Shown piece by piece: positions 32,221 to 49,282 of a stretch of DNA of 64,000 nucleotides (its first letter is position 1; each line of letters starts with the position of its first letter). This DNA comes from Eledone cirrhosa. Lineage: Eukaryota. The position numbers were made by a program, and so were the translations under genes. The notes beneath the pieces were generated by a model. That model did not search any database. It saw only the letters and a list, made by a program, of their open reading frames with translations, and was not told the origin of the DNA. The stretch spans positions 4,340,001-4,404,000 of the forward strand of contig OZ024753.1 of assembly GCA_964016885.1 (NCBI GenBank), in the 5' to 3' direction.

Positions 32221-32306
32221 CAACTTTATTTTATCGACCCTGTAAGGATGAAAGGCAAAGTACCAGTAATACACTGGGATAATTGTGCCAAAAGTAGAAA
32301 CAATTA
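32221..32306 (+). mobile_element. 5'-truncated SINE copy with inverted internal cassette
   Basis: aacttt-attttatcgaccctgtaaggatgaaaggc-aaagt-accagtaatacactgggataattgtgccaaaagtagaaacaatt. Confidence 0.75.
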
Positions 32307-35300
32307 TTTATTTCATTCCCCATTTCTCATTTGTTTGTCACGCCCCCTCCCTCTATCTCTCTTTCCCCTTCTCAGGACACGTTTTGCGTAATATAATTTT
32401 CACACAAAATTTCCATATACAGAAGATTATAGATCGCATAAATAATAATAATGGACGTCTTTTAAAAATGCTGATTTAGTATGAAATTTTGAATCGCTAA
32501 TTTTAATACAAATTTGCAGTACTGTTATGCATTACGCAATACTAAATTAGGTAAAGTACCAGAAGCTAAGTGTGTAATGCCTGTAGGTGGTCCATATAGA
32601 ATCATAAAAATATGATACATAAAATTCGATGATTTCATATAGTTATTGCAATAATTAATTTAATACGTATCTTCATGTGCAGTTCAATTAAATTTTTTTA
32701 AATGTTCATTGATTTGAAAATATTTATTTTATGGATAGATTTACATTTGCGAATAAATTTACATTTAAGAAAATATAGAAATAAGGAAAAATAAACTTAA
32801 CCTATAAGCAGAAACTGTTTCACAAATAATTTAATATGTTTGGTATTAATTTGATTTGGTAGCAAAACTTTTAAAGTTCACTATTATATTATATAGCACA
32901 AATGCCAAGAGCAACCTATAATCATGCACTATATCATTTATAAATTCCTTGAATGTTTATGCATATGTAAATATGTTCTGCTAAAGACAACCCAAAAGTA
33001 TTTTACGAATATGTTCGTGTCCATGGAGAACGTTAAGTTTACTGCCAAAATTGCAGTGACTCGCAAATTTAATCAATATAATATTTATATGGGAATATCT
33101 AAGGAGTTGTATTGAGTCAAAATAATCATGATATCTATAACGATCCGGAAGATGATGATGATTAAGGCACTGTGTATATCTACCTACCTACCTATTTATC
33201 TATCTATCTAATTATCTATCTAATTATCTATCTATACCGAAAACAGAGTTCACGCATTCATGAAATATTATTAACACAACCTTATTTCTATGTTACAAAA
33301 ACAAGAACAACTAAAAAAAAAATAGAATCATACAGAGCATTAAAATATTACTTATATTAAATTAGCAATATGTAGTAGTAACAAAGATTTAGACAGAGCT
33401 GTTTCTGCTCTTGAGAAAACAATAATTATCATAATTAAATGGATAAAAATTAATGTTAAGGAGTCGAATTTCCTCAGTAAATCATCTTATTAATTAGACA
33501 GGATATTAACTGTCAATAATATAGTTTCAGTCGCAACAGAAACTCATGTGTTGTTATGACAACATGCGACAGTATTTGTGACACAGATATGGACTGCGTA
33601 TATTATATATTCACGATGATTTAAAGAATTACATAATGTATCTTAACATGTCTGATCTATCCGTGAAGTATTCACCTTAACCTCAGTCAATTTACCAAAA
33701 TAGTAACCGAGTTAAACGGTATGTCAAGTGCGGAAACTTAAGCACAATTACATTTAAATAATTTCACAATTCGCAGTGTATTAAACTTTTGTTTGCTTAT
33801 TTAATTTTCTTTTAATGGCGATAGAATCTCTGAAATAAGTCAACTAGTGTGTAATATCTTAAATTGTATTAATGTTGTTACCATTACGTTGTAATGATTT
33901 CCAAAACAATGAATAAGTAAGCATAAGTATCTACAGTATATTTCTAATTTCAATTGAAATGACTATGTGTAAATGTGCGTATGTTTTTTTTTCCATTTAA
34001 CTGTCTATCTATCTATATTGTTATCTATTCCTCCACGCGTTCAATAAAAAGCCTTTCATCTATCATTCTCTATTTATCAATTCATTTTTACTTATATATA
34101 TAATTATTCACCATACATTCAACAATTTCCCTATAATATACTCTTCTCACATACTCTATCTTAATGTTTAATTCGCCGACTTTTCCTGTGTGGTGTGTGG
34201 TGTGTGTGGTTTTTTATACCCGTCAAAATGTTTGCAGCGCTAATCAGCGGCTGCTGAATTTTATGTAATGTATCTGAAAATCCCGAAAAGTAGAGTGATG
34301 TGATTGAAGGAATACAATCAAGCTTAGCCAAAATCAGTAGTGGCGTTCCCTAAGGAACTGGGTTAGCCTGCTACTTTCCATTATTATCTTCAATAAGATT
34401 GCAGACATCACCGAACCCACCAAAATAAGAATAACTGCAGGCGATTCGAAGCTCCAGAAGAAGATATAAATATGCACAGATACATAGAGATAATGCAAAC
34501 AGTCTAGACCAGACAGAAACACACCCACCCATATACATATATACTTACACATATATTCTTATATACTTACCATTGTGATAAAAGCAAATCTCTTATCACA
34601 ATCGTAATTTATCTGATGGTCCAACAATTCTATTAATCCACTATACTCGTTAGTATACAAATTTGAAATCGTCCGTTTATTTTGAAAAACTATATTACCA
34701 AATAATATAAAGTTCAGATTGTGTAGTTTTGTTGGGAAACATTCAAAACTTAAAAGCAAATCATTTTGCTTTACAAGGTTTATAAGAAACTATTGAAGTC
34801 AAGCCTCCTGTCGAGAAATTCTTCGTCTCTCATACAAACGAATCCGTATGGAAATGTCTGATAATTCAACTCACTATGGTACAAAATTATGACTGTCAAT
34901 GCGTTCAAGAAACAAATCACCAGCTCCCTGGCCTCACTTTTTATGTATATATTTTGTCTGCCTCTGATGAAATGAAGATTAGTTATTCATGACAATATTG
35001 TTTATTATTTGCAATCTCGTGAATATGTTTATTTAATCGTAGAGACACATAAATATATTCTACACAATTTATGTTTGCATCCTCTTGGGCAATCACCACT
35101 ATTAAACCAACGTTTCAGCTACAATATTTTCAATATATAATTGTTACTCCATAATTCTGTATCTCCGATCTACAGCCTCCTTGGGTGTGGTAAATCGGGA
35201 AATATTTACTTTAATGAAGTACAAGCAGCAATATATGATAACAACATAATTATCTAAAATGGCTATAAATATTGTTAGTTTTCTCTTATTGATTACAGAA

Positions 35301-36898
35301 ATGTAACGACATTCGTGCAATTAGTTTTATGAGGGAATTAGCAATAAAATGGCTGTGTTTGAGAAATTGAATGAGAATATTAAACGATAACTAGTAGTTC
35401 CGATTTGATTCAGCACACATCCCGTTGTTAATGACATTTTACTAGACGCAGTTTGGTTTTATTCACGTTTACGTTTTAATGACAGTTTCACTAGCCCTCA
35501 ATGTCGCGTATCAATATTCATTTAAGCAGATAGCATTAAAGATGACTCTTTAATGCGTAGTGACTGATTTCCAGACAATAATCCTCCCAATGAGGTTTTT
35601 TTGTGAGAGTTATATGATCACAATACCAACCGCTATCTGCTTATTACTTTAGGGATTCTCCGCTTAATTAACTCCTACGAATGGGCGATTCAAATATCAT
35701 ACAATATTTGCAGCTCCTTTCAGCCAAATAAAATGGACATACTCACTAAATAATTTATTTACAATATTAAAGTTATATTCTATGTGTCTGTAATCAAACC
35801 TCACTAACAGATGTTTCAAGTTTCACACCGCCTATTTCAATTGCTCCCAAATACAGTACAATCACCAACAAGACATGGATATTGAGCTAGACATTCTTGC
35901 GTCTCATATAATATTTCCCTTCACATATATGACTCAGCTCTAATACATGAATTAAACGATCTTAGCGAGAAGAAAAGTTTTATTTAAATGGACCTATTAA
36001 ATCGTATTCAACTCGCATCATTTGGAGTGTAACGATTGGTAATATTATACAGATACGTTCGAGTTAAACCTACTCCACTGAGAACAATGTCTAAAACCAA
36101 TGCGAATTATTTTCACGATTTGTATTAAATCGTTCCGTACTCTGAAGCTTGTTCAAAGATTCTCAAGGCTAAATATATACCATAGTTACTTTACTACTTC
36201 TGTTGTTTAATTGGCGATGAGTTTGGGTACATTTCTCCAGTCCTTCAGATACTTATATCAAACATATTCTTTTTAGTCTGGTCCATATTCTATCAATCTA
36301 TTATTGCCGATTCACTAAGTTACGTATTTTTGGTATACTATTGGCTTAGATTTCAGTTAACGTAACTTTAGGTTACACAGAGAGACACATATGTATACCT
36401 GTTGTTTTGAACATTCCTTTTACTAAATTCCACATACAAAACATTGATGAAAATGAATATGTAATAGTAGATATATTTTTCAGCAACGTTTGTGTTAATA
36501 ACAACGACATTATGCCTAGGGTTATGTCATTAAATGATATTCAGAAAGACAAGATGATATACTATGAGGCCTAGATCATTAAAGCTTCATTCATTAAGTT
36601 CTTCGACGAAGATAAAAACCTAATATAAATTAAAATCTCCATCATACAAATATATGGTATGGTGTCTGTATCGAATAATTGTAAGTCTAGATGAAATGTT
36701 GAATGCTTCTATTTCATATATTACTCTAAGGCGAGAATAACTATAAGGTGAAGACACAATTAAATCCAATTATTTAATGTCGTAGATTTATATACAGGTG
36801 ATGCACATTTTAACGGAAATGAGTTTAGTAACATGAGTGGGTTTATATTTGTATATAAGACAGAATATTAATTAACAACAGTAAAGATGTAATATTAA

Positions 36899-37008
36899 TC
36901 AAATCCCGCCGAGGTTAACTTTTCCTTTCCTTCTCACGGAGTCGATAGAATAAAGTACCAGTAATGCCCTGTGTATTTGCTAGCCTCGTGCCAAAAGTAG
37001 AAACAATT
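36899..37008 (+). mobile_element. 5'-truncated SINE copy, standard orientation
   Basis: tcaaatcccgccgaggttaacttttcctttccttctcacggagtcgatagaataaagtaccagtaat...gtgccaaaagtagaaacaatt. Confidence 0.75.
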
Positions 37009-37503
37009 AATTAAAAGCAGTATCGAGACTAAGAGGATATATATAGAGAGAGACAAGTATAGTGCACTATACAGTACCATTCATAAATGCAAAGATAAGA
37101 AGCTGCAATAATAGCTATGACTGTTCTATATTTGTAGATTGAATTGTTTATGCAGCCTTTCCAAAATATCTAGTGTCCAAATGATCATGAAAAACATTGA
37201 TACTTCTCCATTACATCATGATTGATAGACGATCTATCTTATGCTATTGTTTTACAATTTATATTAATAGTCACCATTGTGTGGAAGAAAAGCTAAAGCG
37301 AGGACTAACCGATCACTCTGCTATAAAGTCCGCCTTTGAAATAACATAAAATAAAGAGGTGAAATGTTGAATAATTTGACATAGAAATTAGTACATCTGA
37401 TGTAAATCACTTTCATTGCAATTCGTTATTCTGTAGTGGAAAACCACTTTACCACTTGCTGTCTGGTTTAACAAGCAATCATAGCAGAAACTGTTTATTC
37501 AAA

Positions 37504-39145
<1,642 letters not shown>

Positions 39146-39229
39146 TATGTAAATAGAAACATACATGTATACTCAATTCAGATGTCACATGAACATACAT
39201 CCACACACTAATAAATACAGACACAAACC

Positions 39230-39287
<58 letters not shown>

Positions 39288-40599
39288 TAAGTCTATTAAC
39301 AATTGACAGCACAGCTATACGGTTAGTAAATGAACTATTAATATTTAGAAATATGGAAGTCTTTTCTAAATTAATCTCGTATCGAATTTCATCAAATATT
39401 AATTAGATAAAATGTTAATCCTGCCATTGAGCAGGAAATTCGCAAAACTTTGATCTTATTAAAATAAATATATTACGTTAATACTGAAAACATTCTCGTC
39501 ATATGTGCTGGAGATTTATACGATAGTAAATTATGTTTGATTGAATATGCAAATGTTTTTCTTTCTTGAATATTCTCCCCAAATAATCATACCGCGCATT
39601 TTATTTGCATGGTAAAAGTTTTAATTAAATATATATTTGCCTGAAGCGCATCCGGAGTCTAACTGTTTTAATTTGGTTTAGTTAGATTAGATTACATTTC
39701 AGTAACCTCAACATAACCTAAGAAGTATATTTGCATAAAAAAATGTCATTGCGATTTGAATAGGTATATTTTCCTAGTTGAAATATGACTTTTTAGTTTA
39801 TCAAGGTTGTGTTGCCGTTGCATAAATGTCTGGTAATATGCAAACCACGCAACTTCAGAAATTTGAAACTTGCATTAGTACAATGGCAATTTCAACGCAT
39901 ATATTATTCTAATATTATAGACAGACAGTTAATTGGAATTGACCAGGTACATTTGCCATGTCAATAATTGATTGAATTAATATGGTCAGTTATAATTTGT
40001 AAAGTATTGTGGTTAATTGAGAAAACTTAATTCTATGCATCATCCTCTATCTAGATTTCGGTAAATAAAAGTTACTATATTAACCGACGGTGTCAGCACA
40101 ATATGTCACCAAGGTATAGGTGAAAATGTTATTTTCAGAAGTTTAAAGATTATAACATATGATGTTAAGGATAAGTTTTTATTGAAATTCCTTTGTTCTT
40201 GGTAGTTATTCATTGAAATGGTTGGCCGAATGGTTGAAGTTTCTTAGGGATATGCACACGTTTGTGTTAGACTAGAGAAAAAAATGTAAGGGGTAGAAGA
40301 GAGTTTCTTTAGTGTAATATAGTTGGGCATGAATATGATTCGGATTATATACAGTTCAAATAGATTTATCTGAAGGGGATTCTAGTCAATCGTGATGTCA
40401 ATGAACCAGAGGATCGTGAGATCACACCATTTATGTTATTTGAGTTGATATATATCTCAGATGGATTTTACAAATGATAGTTCTTCAATATCTACGAATT
40501 TTGTCAATGCATATATATATATATTCACATATATCAATCTATCTATAATATACTCACACGCAAACACACACACACACACAGACATATATATATATATAA

Positions 40600-40651
<52 letters not shown>

Positions 40652-40925
40652 GCTTGTCAGACAATACATTCAATGAAATTGTGGAGTGTGGAAAAATGAA
40701 AATAAGCTCCTAGGTAACAGGGGTTATTGAACACAATTTCAATATCTCCCAGAAAGACAATACCTCATACCCTGCTCTAAACTCTATAGTTGTGATGTTG
40801 AGAAAAATATTGATATCTTCATTATCAAACCCTAACATCACCATACCCACATTATTATTTACATCCAGGATTGTGTCCATATGTTTTTTGTATATTTTTA
40901 GCGGTTCCTGTATTCATTCGTTAAG

Positions 40926-41014
40926 ATACATACATATATGTATCCAAACGTCCACGTATACAAAATTCTGCTCACACATGTACGTACATATATAAATATG
41001 TAAATGCATACTTA
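40926..41014 (+). repeat. 89-bp segment with an exact inverted copy at 43152-43240
   Basis: atacatacatatatgtatccaaacgtccacgtatacaaaattctgctcacacatgtacg...aaatgcatactta; exact reverse complement at 43152-43240. Confidence 0.85.
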
Positions 41015-41318
41015 CATATATACGTGTTTACATACATATATACACTTATGCAGAAAAACAAACTAATATACACACATTATATATATATATATATAAACAA
41101 GCGAACACACACATATAGAATCACACACATATTCCTTCCGAGACAGCTTATCGATAGCGCCTTTTTATTAAGGGTATTTGTTATTGTTGCTTCTGTCTAT
41201 ATTTCATAGGTAAACATTAATCTTAACGGTAAAAATAAAAAATAAATATGAAAAACATATATAAGTGCATACATATATAAGTGCATACATATATATATGA
41301 ATATATATGTATATATAA

Positions 41319-41608
<290 letters not shown>

Positions 41609-42348
41609 AAACATTCTCATACACAAAGAAACACATACGCGCGCACGCACACAAGCCACACTCATACCCATATATATAACGTGGAAGAAAATGAAGCTAT
41701 AGGAAACGAAAGGAAATAAACAAAAAAAAATCTTAGTTATTCAAGTGTTTGATAGATAAAGGTATTTAAAAAAATGAGATATTAAGTAGATGTTCGAGAG
41801 GCTATACATCATGGCCGGTAGCTTGATATTAAACGTTTAGAATTCGATTTGTCGCTATGACTTAATCGATAAAACCATATAATTTCTGTGAAGGTCAAAA
41901 GCCACAGAGTTCAAAGTAGAAAGACTTAGAAGGGAAAATAATAATAATAAATCTTGAGATGACAATGAATAGGTTATTGTCAAACATTCTTTTAACTTGA
42001 GTTTTCTGTTTATGTTATAAATGGATTACTTCAAGTTATGAAACACCATACGTTTTTTTTTTATTTTGCGGCACACATACTTTTCTTTTTCCCTGTTCTC
42101 CTTTTATCTTATTTCTTTTTCCACTGGTTTAGCAAGTTCTAATCATATTTCTTTCTCTCACATATCCGTACCGCCTGTATATTTGCAATGATTATCTTTA
42201 TATTTGTAATAAACAAATAATACATATATATATACATACATACATATACATACATACATACATACATGCATATATACATACATACATATACACATATATA
42301 TATATATATATACATACACGTACATACATATCTACATATAAATAAATA

Positions 42349-42718
42349 TGTAGCGAAGGTACTTGCTTTTGGCGTATTAATAAGATATGCGTGCGTGATT
42401 TGGCCAGATCAGGCCAATCGCAAGCCACGCACGGATATATATATATATTCCAATTTCCGCCCAAACAAAGATTTGTCTGCTTCTTTCGTATATACTCTCT
42501 CTTGTTGCTTGGTCTCTGAAAGGAAAACACACTATCATGTAACGGTGAGATTTTCATTTGGGCCTGTCGGTCTCCTTAGCCACGGCACAGCGACTTTTTA
42601 ACTTTGTTTGGGTCGAAATTGGAATGTATATATCCGTGCGCGTCTTACGATTGGCATGATTTAGCCAAATCACGTACACATAGCTTATTAATACGCCAAA
42701 AGCTAGTAGCTTCGCCAC
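42349..42718. mobile_element. MITE / fold-back element with ~120-bp diverged terminal inverted repeats
   Basis: gcgaaggtacttgcttttggcgtattaataag...ttccaatttccgcccaaacaaag (42349-42470) versus ctttgtttgggtcgaaattggaa...cttattaatacgccaaaagctagtagcttcgc (42602-42718). Confidence 0.7.
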
Positions 42719-42726
42719 ACACACAT

Positions 42727-42760
<34 letters not shown>

Positions 42761-42903
42761 TAAACAATTTATCTTGACTCTGTATTCCGTTTATCTTTCA
42801 CCGAAAGTGATTTTTCATTACATCTCTTCTTTCCATGATATCCGAAATACATTGAGTTCTTCATACGGATTGGACACTACCGTAAACTCTTGGTAGATTT
42901 ATC

Positions 42904-42956
<53 letters not shown>

Positions 42957-43554
42957 AAGGTATGTGTACAAACCAATCAAGAAAGAGAGGTATGAGATTA
43001 GTTTTGAGAATTATAAGCCAGTAGTGAAGAGGTTAGTGTGCTCAATGCGTAATAAGTGGAAGACAAGCAAATAATGAAAGTGAGCGACAAATAATGAAAG
43101 TGTACAGGCAGAGCGTTAATATAAAAGTTAATTGTTAAATAATACAGTTATTAAGTATGCATTTACATATTTATATATGTACGTACATGTGTGAGCAGAA
43201 TTTTGTATACGTGGACGTTTGGATACATATATGTATGTATTTATCGGCTTACAATTTTTTCAGAAATCAGACCGAATTCAATTGATGAAAATAAAATTTA
43301 TCAATCACATAATCGATAAGAACTGATGATAATAAAACTGAACTAACAACTGACCTCATCTTCAGAAGCAAAGCTAAAATAAATATAAAACAAAAGTACA
43401 TGTCACTGATGGTGGGGACTACAAAAAACATGAAAGACAAACCATACCACTTAGCAATCGAAGGGTTGAAACAGAAGTAAAATACATTCTAAATTCAAAG
43501 AATTTGGCACTGTATTCTCTAACAATTGATAGATATATATTATATATATATATA

Positions 43555-43599
<45 letters not shown>

Positions 43600-43719
43600 T
43601 TCAAAGCGATGAAATACCAATGATAGTTGGAAAATCACCGATGAAAGACTAATTTTGTTCCTATGTAACCCATGTGCAACCACGCAGCAGTCAATTCTTC
43701 TCATATTTATATATATATA

Positions 43720-43915
43720 TATGGGAGTGTGTTGAAAATTTGCTGGCTTAGTTAATTATCATTTTCTTCAACATATTCCACTCTCAGATTCACACACGTA
43801 GTGCCGCGGGACTTCAGTTGTTCTAAGCCCTGTAAAAATAAAATCAGATATTTGGGCCTCCACAGTGTAGCAGTGTAGCAGCGATGGTCAGCCAAGTACT
43901 TTTCATAATTCCTCG

Positions 43916-43917
<2 letters not shown>
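43720..43917. mobile_element. Degenerate Tc1/mariner-type MITE
   Basis: Ends tatgggagtgtgttgaaaatttgctggct ... agccaagtacttttcataattcctcgta form imperfect TIRs of the TACGAGG type. Flanked by TA runs. Confidence 0.5.
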
Positions 43918-43957
<40 letters not shown>

Positions 43958-44429
43958 GATCTGCTATTTTTTTTTCGCCATTATTATATTGGGAGCTACC
44001 TTTCCTATGATATAACTTTCATTTGCCCAATCACATAGAATCGATTGTTAATGATGCATGAGAATACGGGTTGCTTCTCTTATCGAGGTAATGAGAAAAT
44101 TAGGACTGCTTATAGTGTGCGCTCATATTCGTCTCTCATAGGCTCGACAGGCAATGATCCAATAAGTGGGCATTGACATATGGCAAGACATATAACACAA
44201 TGTTTCTTCAGGTTTCAGTCGACAATTTTGAAAAGATGAAAACCTGTTTGAATTCAGAGAAAAAAAAACGGAAAAAGGCAGTTGATCATTAAATGATGCA
44301 CATATCTCGTGCAAATACCCCAAATGACAGAGAAATATGGAAAGATCCGTCAGTTGAAACTAAAGCACAAACCTGTTTAACTTGTGATATAATTATTTCA
44401 ATTCTTATGCATTCTCACATACACTTTTT

Positions 44430-46431
44430 TACACACACACACACCTACACACACATACATACATACATACACATATATATATATACATATACACATATAT
44501 ATACACATATATATATACACATATATATATATACATACACATATATATATATACAGATACATATATATATATATATACAGATACACATATATATATATAC
44601 ACAGATACACATATATATATATACATATACACATATATATATATACATATACACATATATATATATACATATACACATATATATATATACATATACACAT
44701 ATATATATATACATATACACATATATATATATACATATACACATATATATATATATACATATACACACATATATATATACATATACACACATATATATAT
44801 ATACATATACACACATATATATATATACATATACACACATATATATATATACATATACACACATATATATATATACATATACACACATATATATATATAC
44901 ATATACACACATATATATATATACATATACACATATATATATATATACATATACACATATATATATATACATATACACATATACATATATACATATACAC
45001 ATATATATATATACATATATACATATACATATATACATATACACATATACATATATACATATACACATATACATATATACATATACACATATATATATAT
45101 ACATATACACATATATATATATACATATACACATATATATATATACATATACACATATATATATATACATATACACATATATATACATATACACATATAT
45201 ATATACAAATACATATATATATATACAAATACATATATATATATACAAATACATATATATATATATATATATACATATACACATATATATATACATATAC
45301 ACATATATATATACACATATATATATATACAGATACACACATATATATATATACAGATACACATATATATATATACAGATACACATATATACATATACAC
45401 ATATATATATATACATATACACATATATATATATACATATACACATATATATATATACATATACATATATATATATATATACATATACACATATATATAT
45501 ATATATACATATACCCATATATATATATATACATACATATACCCATATATATATATATACATATACACACATATATATATATACATATACACACATATAT
45601 ATAAATATACACACATATATATACATATACACACATATATATACATATACACATATATATACATATACACATATATATACATATACACACATATATATAC
45701 ATATACACACATATATATACATATACACACATATATATACACATATACACACATATATATATACATATACACATATATATACACACATACACATATATAT
45801 ACATATACACACATATATATACATATAAATTATATACACATATACACATATATATATATATATACACATACACATATATATACATATACACATATATTTA
45901 CATATACACATATATTTACATATACACATATATTTACATATACACACATATTTACATATACACATATATTTACACATACACATATACATATACACATATA
46001 TATACATACACATATATATACATATACATATATATACATATACATATACATACATATACATATATATACATATACATATACACATATACATATTCACACA
46101 TACACATATATACACATATACTCATATATATACATATATACACATACATATATATATATATATATACACATACATATATATACATATATATACACATACA
46201 TATATATACATATATATACACATATACACATACATATATATACATATACACACATATACACATACATATATATACACACATATACACATACATATATATA
46301 CATATACATACATACATATATATACATATACATACATACATATATATACATATACATACATACATATATATACATATACATACATATACATACATACATA
46401 CATACATATACATACACATATATATATACAC

Positions 46432-46464
<33 letters not shown>

Positions 46465-46515
46465 TATATATATATACACATATATATATATACACATACA
46501 TATATATACACATAC

Positions 46516-46582
<67 letters not shown>

Positions 46583-46614
46583 TATATATATATACACATA
46601 TATACACATACACA

Positions 46615-46652
<38 letters not shown>

Positions 46653-46679
46653 TATACATATATACACATACACATATAC

Positions 46680-46712
<33 letters not shown>

Positions 46713-46876
46713 TATACATACACACATACACATATACACACATACAATATATATACATATATACCTATATATATACACATACACACATACATTCATATAC
46801 AACATATACATATATACCTATATATATACACATACACACATACATTCATATACAACATATACACATACATATACAT
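44430..46876. repeat. Compound (TA)/(CA)/(TACA) microsatellite
   Basis: Direct inspection. Confidence 0.95.
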
Positions 46877-47148
46877 TTGGTACCATGTGACGACAAGTGC
46901 AGAGAGATCTCCAGATATAAAGCAATGCCTGTGCCGTGAAGCTTTTATAGTGAGCAAAGGCACTGCACAAAGCCAGTCCCACTCTCTTAACCAAGATGAT
47001 ATTTACCAAAAAGAAGAACAAGTCAACATCATTGGATACCATCAGAGTTGCAGGTGTTATATCAGAGTTTTCCTTCTCCTAGAATTCTGCCTTGACAAAG
47101 GCTAAGGCGTCATCTCTCCCGGTGATTTTGGATGGCCATTGACTCTTA
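46877..47148 (-). mobile_element. Internal fragment of the RTE-derived element (left arm of an inverted pair)
   Basis: Matches 7669-7941. Confidence 0.75.
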
Positions 47149-47194
47149 CATATATATATATATATATGTATACATATATATATATATATACATA

Positions 47195-47550
47195 GAAAAC
47201 TCTGATATAACACCTGCAACCCTGGTAGTATCCAATGATGTTGACTTGTTCTTTTTGGTAAATATCATCTTGGTTAAGAGAGTGGGACTGGCTTTGTGCA
47301 GTTCCTTTGCTCACTATAAAAGCTTCACGGCACAGACATTGCTTTATATCTGGAGATCTCTCTGCGCTTGTCGTCACATGGTACCATGGGCCCAGCAATA
47401 TGTGTCAATAATAGTCACAATTGTAGTGTTTGTACCAGAGTTTTCAAGTCGCTGGCTGGACTAAAAAGTCACTCGTTCAGCGCATCGGTAGGGGTTCACC
47501 TACATGGATATAAAGTAGTGGCCGTACTTGAAAACGAGTTGGCAACCACC
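47195..47550 (+). mobile_element. 3' part of the RTE-derived element (right arm), with (ATGT)n tail
   Basis: gaaaactctgatataacacc...[17 protein letters not shown]-coding segment...gagttggcaaccacc followed by atgtatgtat. Confidence 0.75.
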
Positions 47551-49171
47551 ATGTATGTATGCATGTATTTATGTGTATATACATATATACACATATACAT
47601 ACATATATACATCTATATACATATCCACATATATATACATATATACATATATATGCATATATATAAAACTAATTTGCTCATACATACATATATACATACA
47701 TACATACAGTGTAGTTATTGTTTATATTGCATCTGAATGAGACGTTCTATGCAAGCTGCAACATGATACAAACGGTTGATTTTTATTGCATTGGGATTTT
47801 TACATGGGATGAATACTAATGTAATTACTCCAAGCTGTTGATAACAATGAATAAGACAGATACATGACTGTGCATGTCACTGTTAGAAGCAAAATATTGA
47901 AGCACTTGTGTGGAGCGAAAGAACACACTTACGTCTCGTCACCGTATGAATGCATACACGCATAGAATTTGGAGAACAATAACTATAAATGTTGTGCAAC
48001 ATAGAGCTATAGCAAAAACCCGGGTTATCAAGTTATCAAAATGTTATTAATTTTACCAGCTTTCAGAATATATTTCTGATGCTCACTCTTGCGATTATGC
48101 AGTAATCATAATCTATATTATTATTGTCGCTTTGATCCGGCCGTTTGAGAGAAATATTTTCAGCAAACAATAGAGTCTGGCTTACATATTCTAATCAATG
48201 CCATCTTACGTTATGATCTATAATATGAGATTAGTTTCTGGAGACTTCAACTGTGCTAGAAGCAGGATTCGATGAGCGATGTATAGTGATCTAATGTATT
48301 ACCTGTAGTATAATATATTAAATCTCCGTTTCAACGTCGTACCTCAATTTGAAGTCGTCATGAATTTTTAGATTAATTTACTCGCGTTACGTAACCGGCC
48401 CATCAATCTCCGTAATAACATATATACTACTGAAGTCATGCAAATCCTAATTCTATGAGTAGCACATGTCACCTATTTCAAGCCTGAAAGTGGACTGTGG
48501 ATGTATGACAGTATTTCTCCTTGAAGCCTTTTGTATAAAAGCATGCACGAAATGATATCGCGATATATTAAACCAAGCACAATAAACAGCGAAGCCGTTG
48601 TTTAGCTACATGTATATGCAGATATGATATAGCCTCGATAAGGCATTGAGGAATAGACTTCCTCTTTCTAATATTCTCACTAAATGACGTATTTCTTCCC
48701 ACAAGATGTTATCAGATCTGTCGAGGGCTATATGCTACATTCTATTTACGAAATCGAAACGCATATAACACATATATGTCAGGTTTAGATTTATGAGATA
48801 TATCACGTCTAAAGACAATAGAAAACCTATCTTAGTCATATCTTAAAACTATCTGACATGAAGACAATAAATAATATCAGAATGTCGCAACTACATTGAT
48901 CTTTTCAGTTGCTCGCTTGTGGAGAGCATTCTACAAAAACTGCAATTCTTCTATCAAGTCACTCACATGGGTAACTTAATATCCTTTTGTATGCTTTTTT
49001 TCGCAGAGAACTGAACAAGCTAATCGCAAGTGCGTGCCCGAGTAAGAAATAAGAAACAAGACATATACAAAAAAATGTTGCTGCATCTCTATTCTTAATC
49101 TAGAAAAGAAATTGCAGCTCTTAATATATGAGTGAAGACGATTAGAGGATATATTGAAGTGGTATTACGAA

Positions 49172-49282
49172 TGTTTCTACTTTTGGCACAAGGTCAGCAA
49201 TTATCCCAGTGCATTACTGGTACTTTATTTTATCAACCCCGTAAGGATGAAACACTAAGTTAACCTCGGTGGGATTTGAACT
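49172..49282 (-). mobile_element. 5'-truncated SINE copy, standard orientation
   Basis: Colinear with 31248-31357. Confidence 0.75.

Noticed and set aside
47368-47490. C2H2 zinc-finger gene exon
   Set aside because: The motif is part of a dispersed repeat with frameshifts among copies; it is a LINE 3' relic rather than a host gene.
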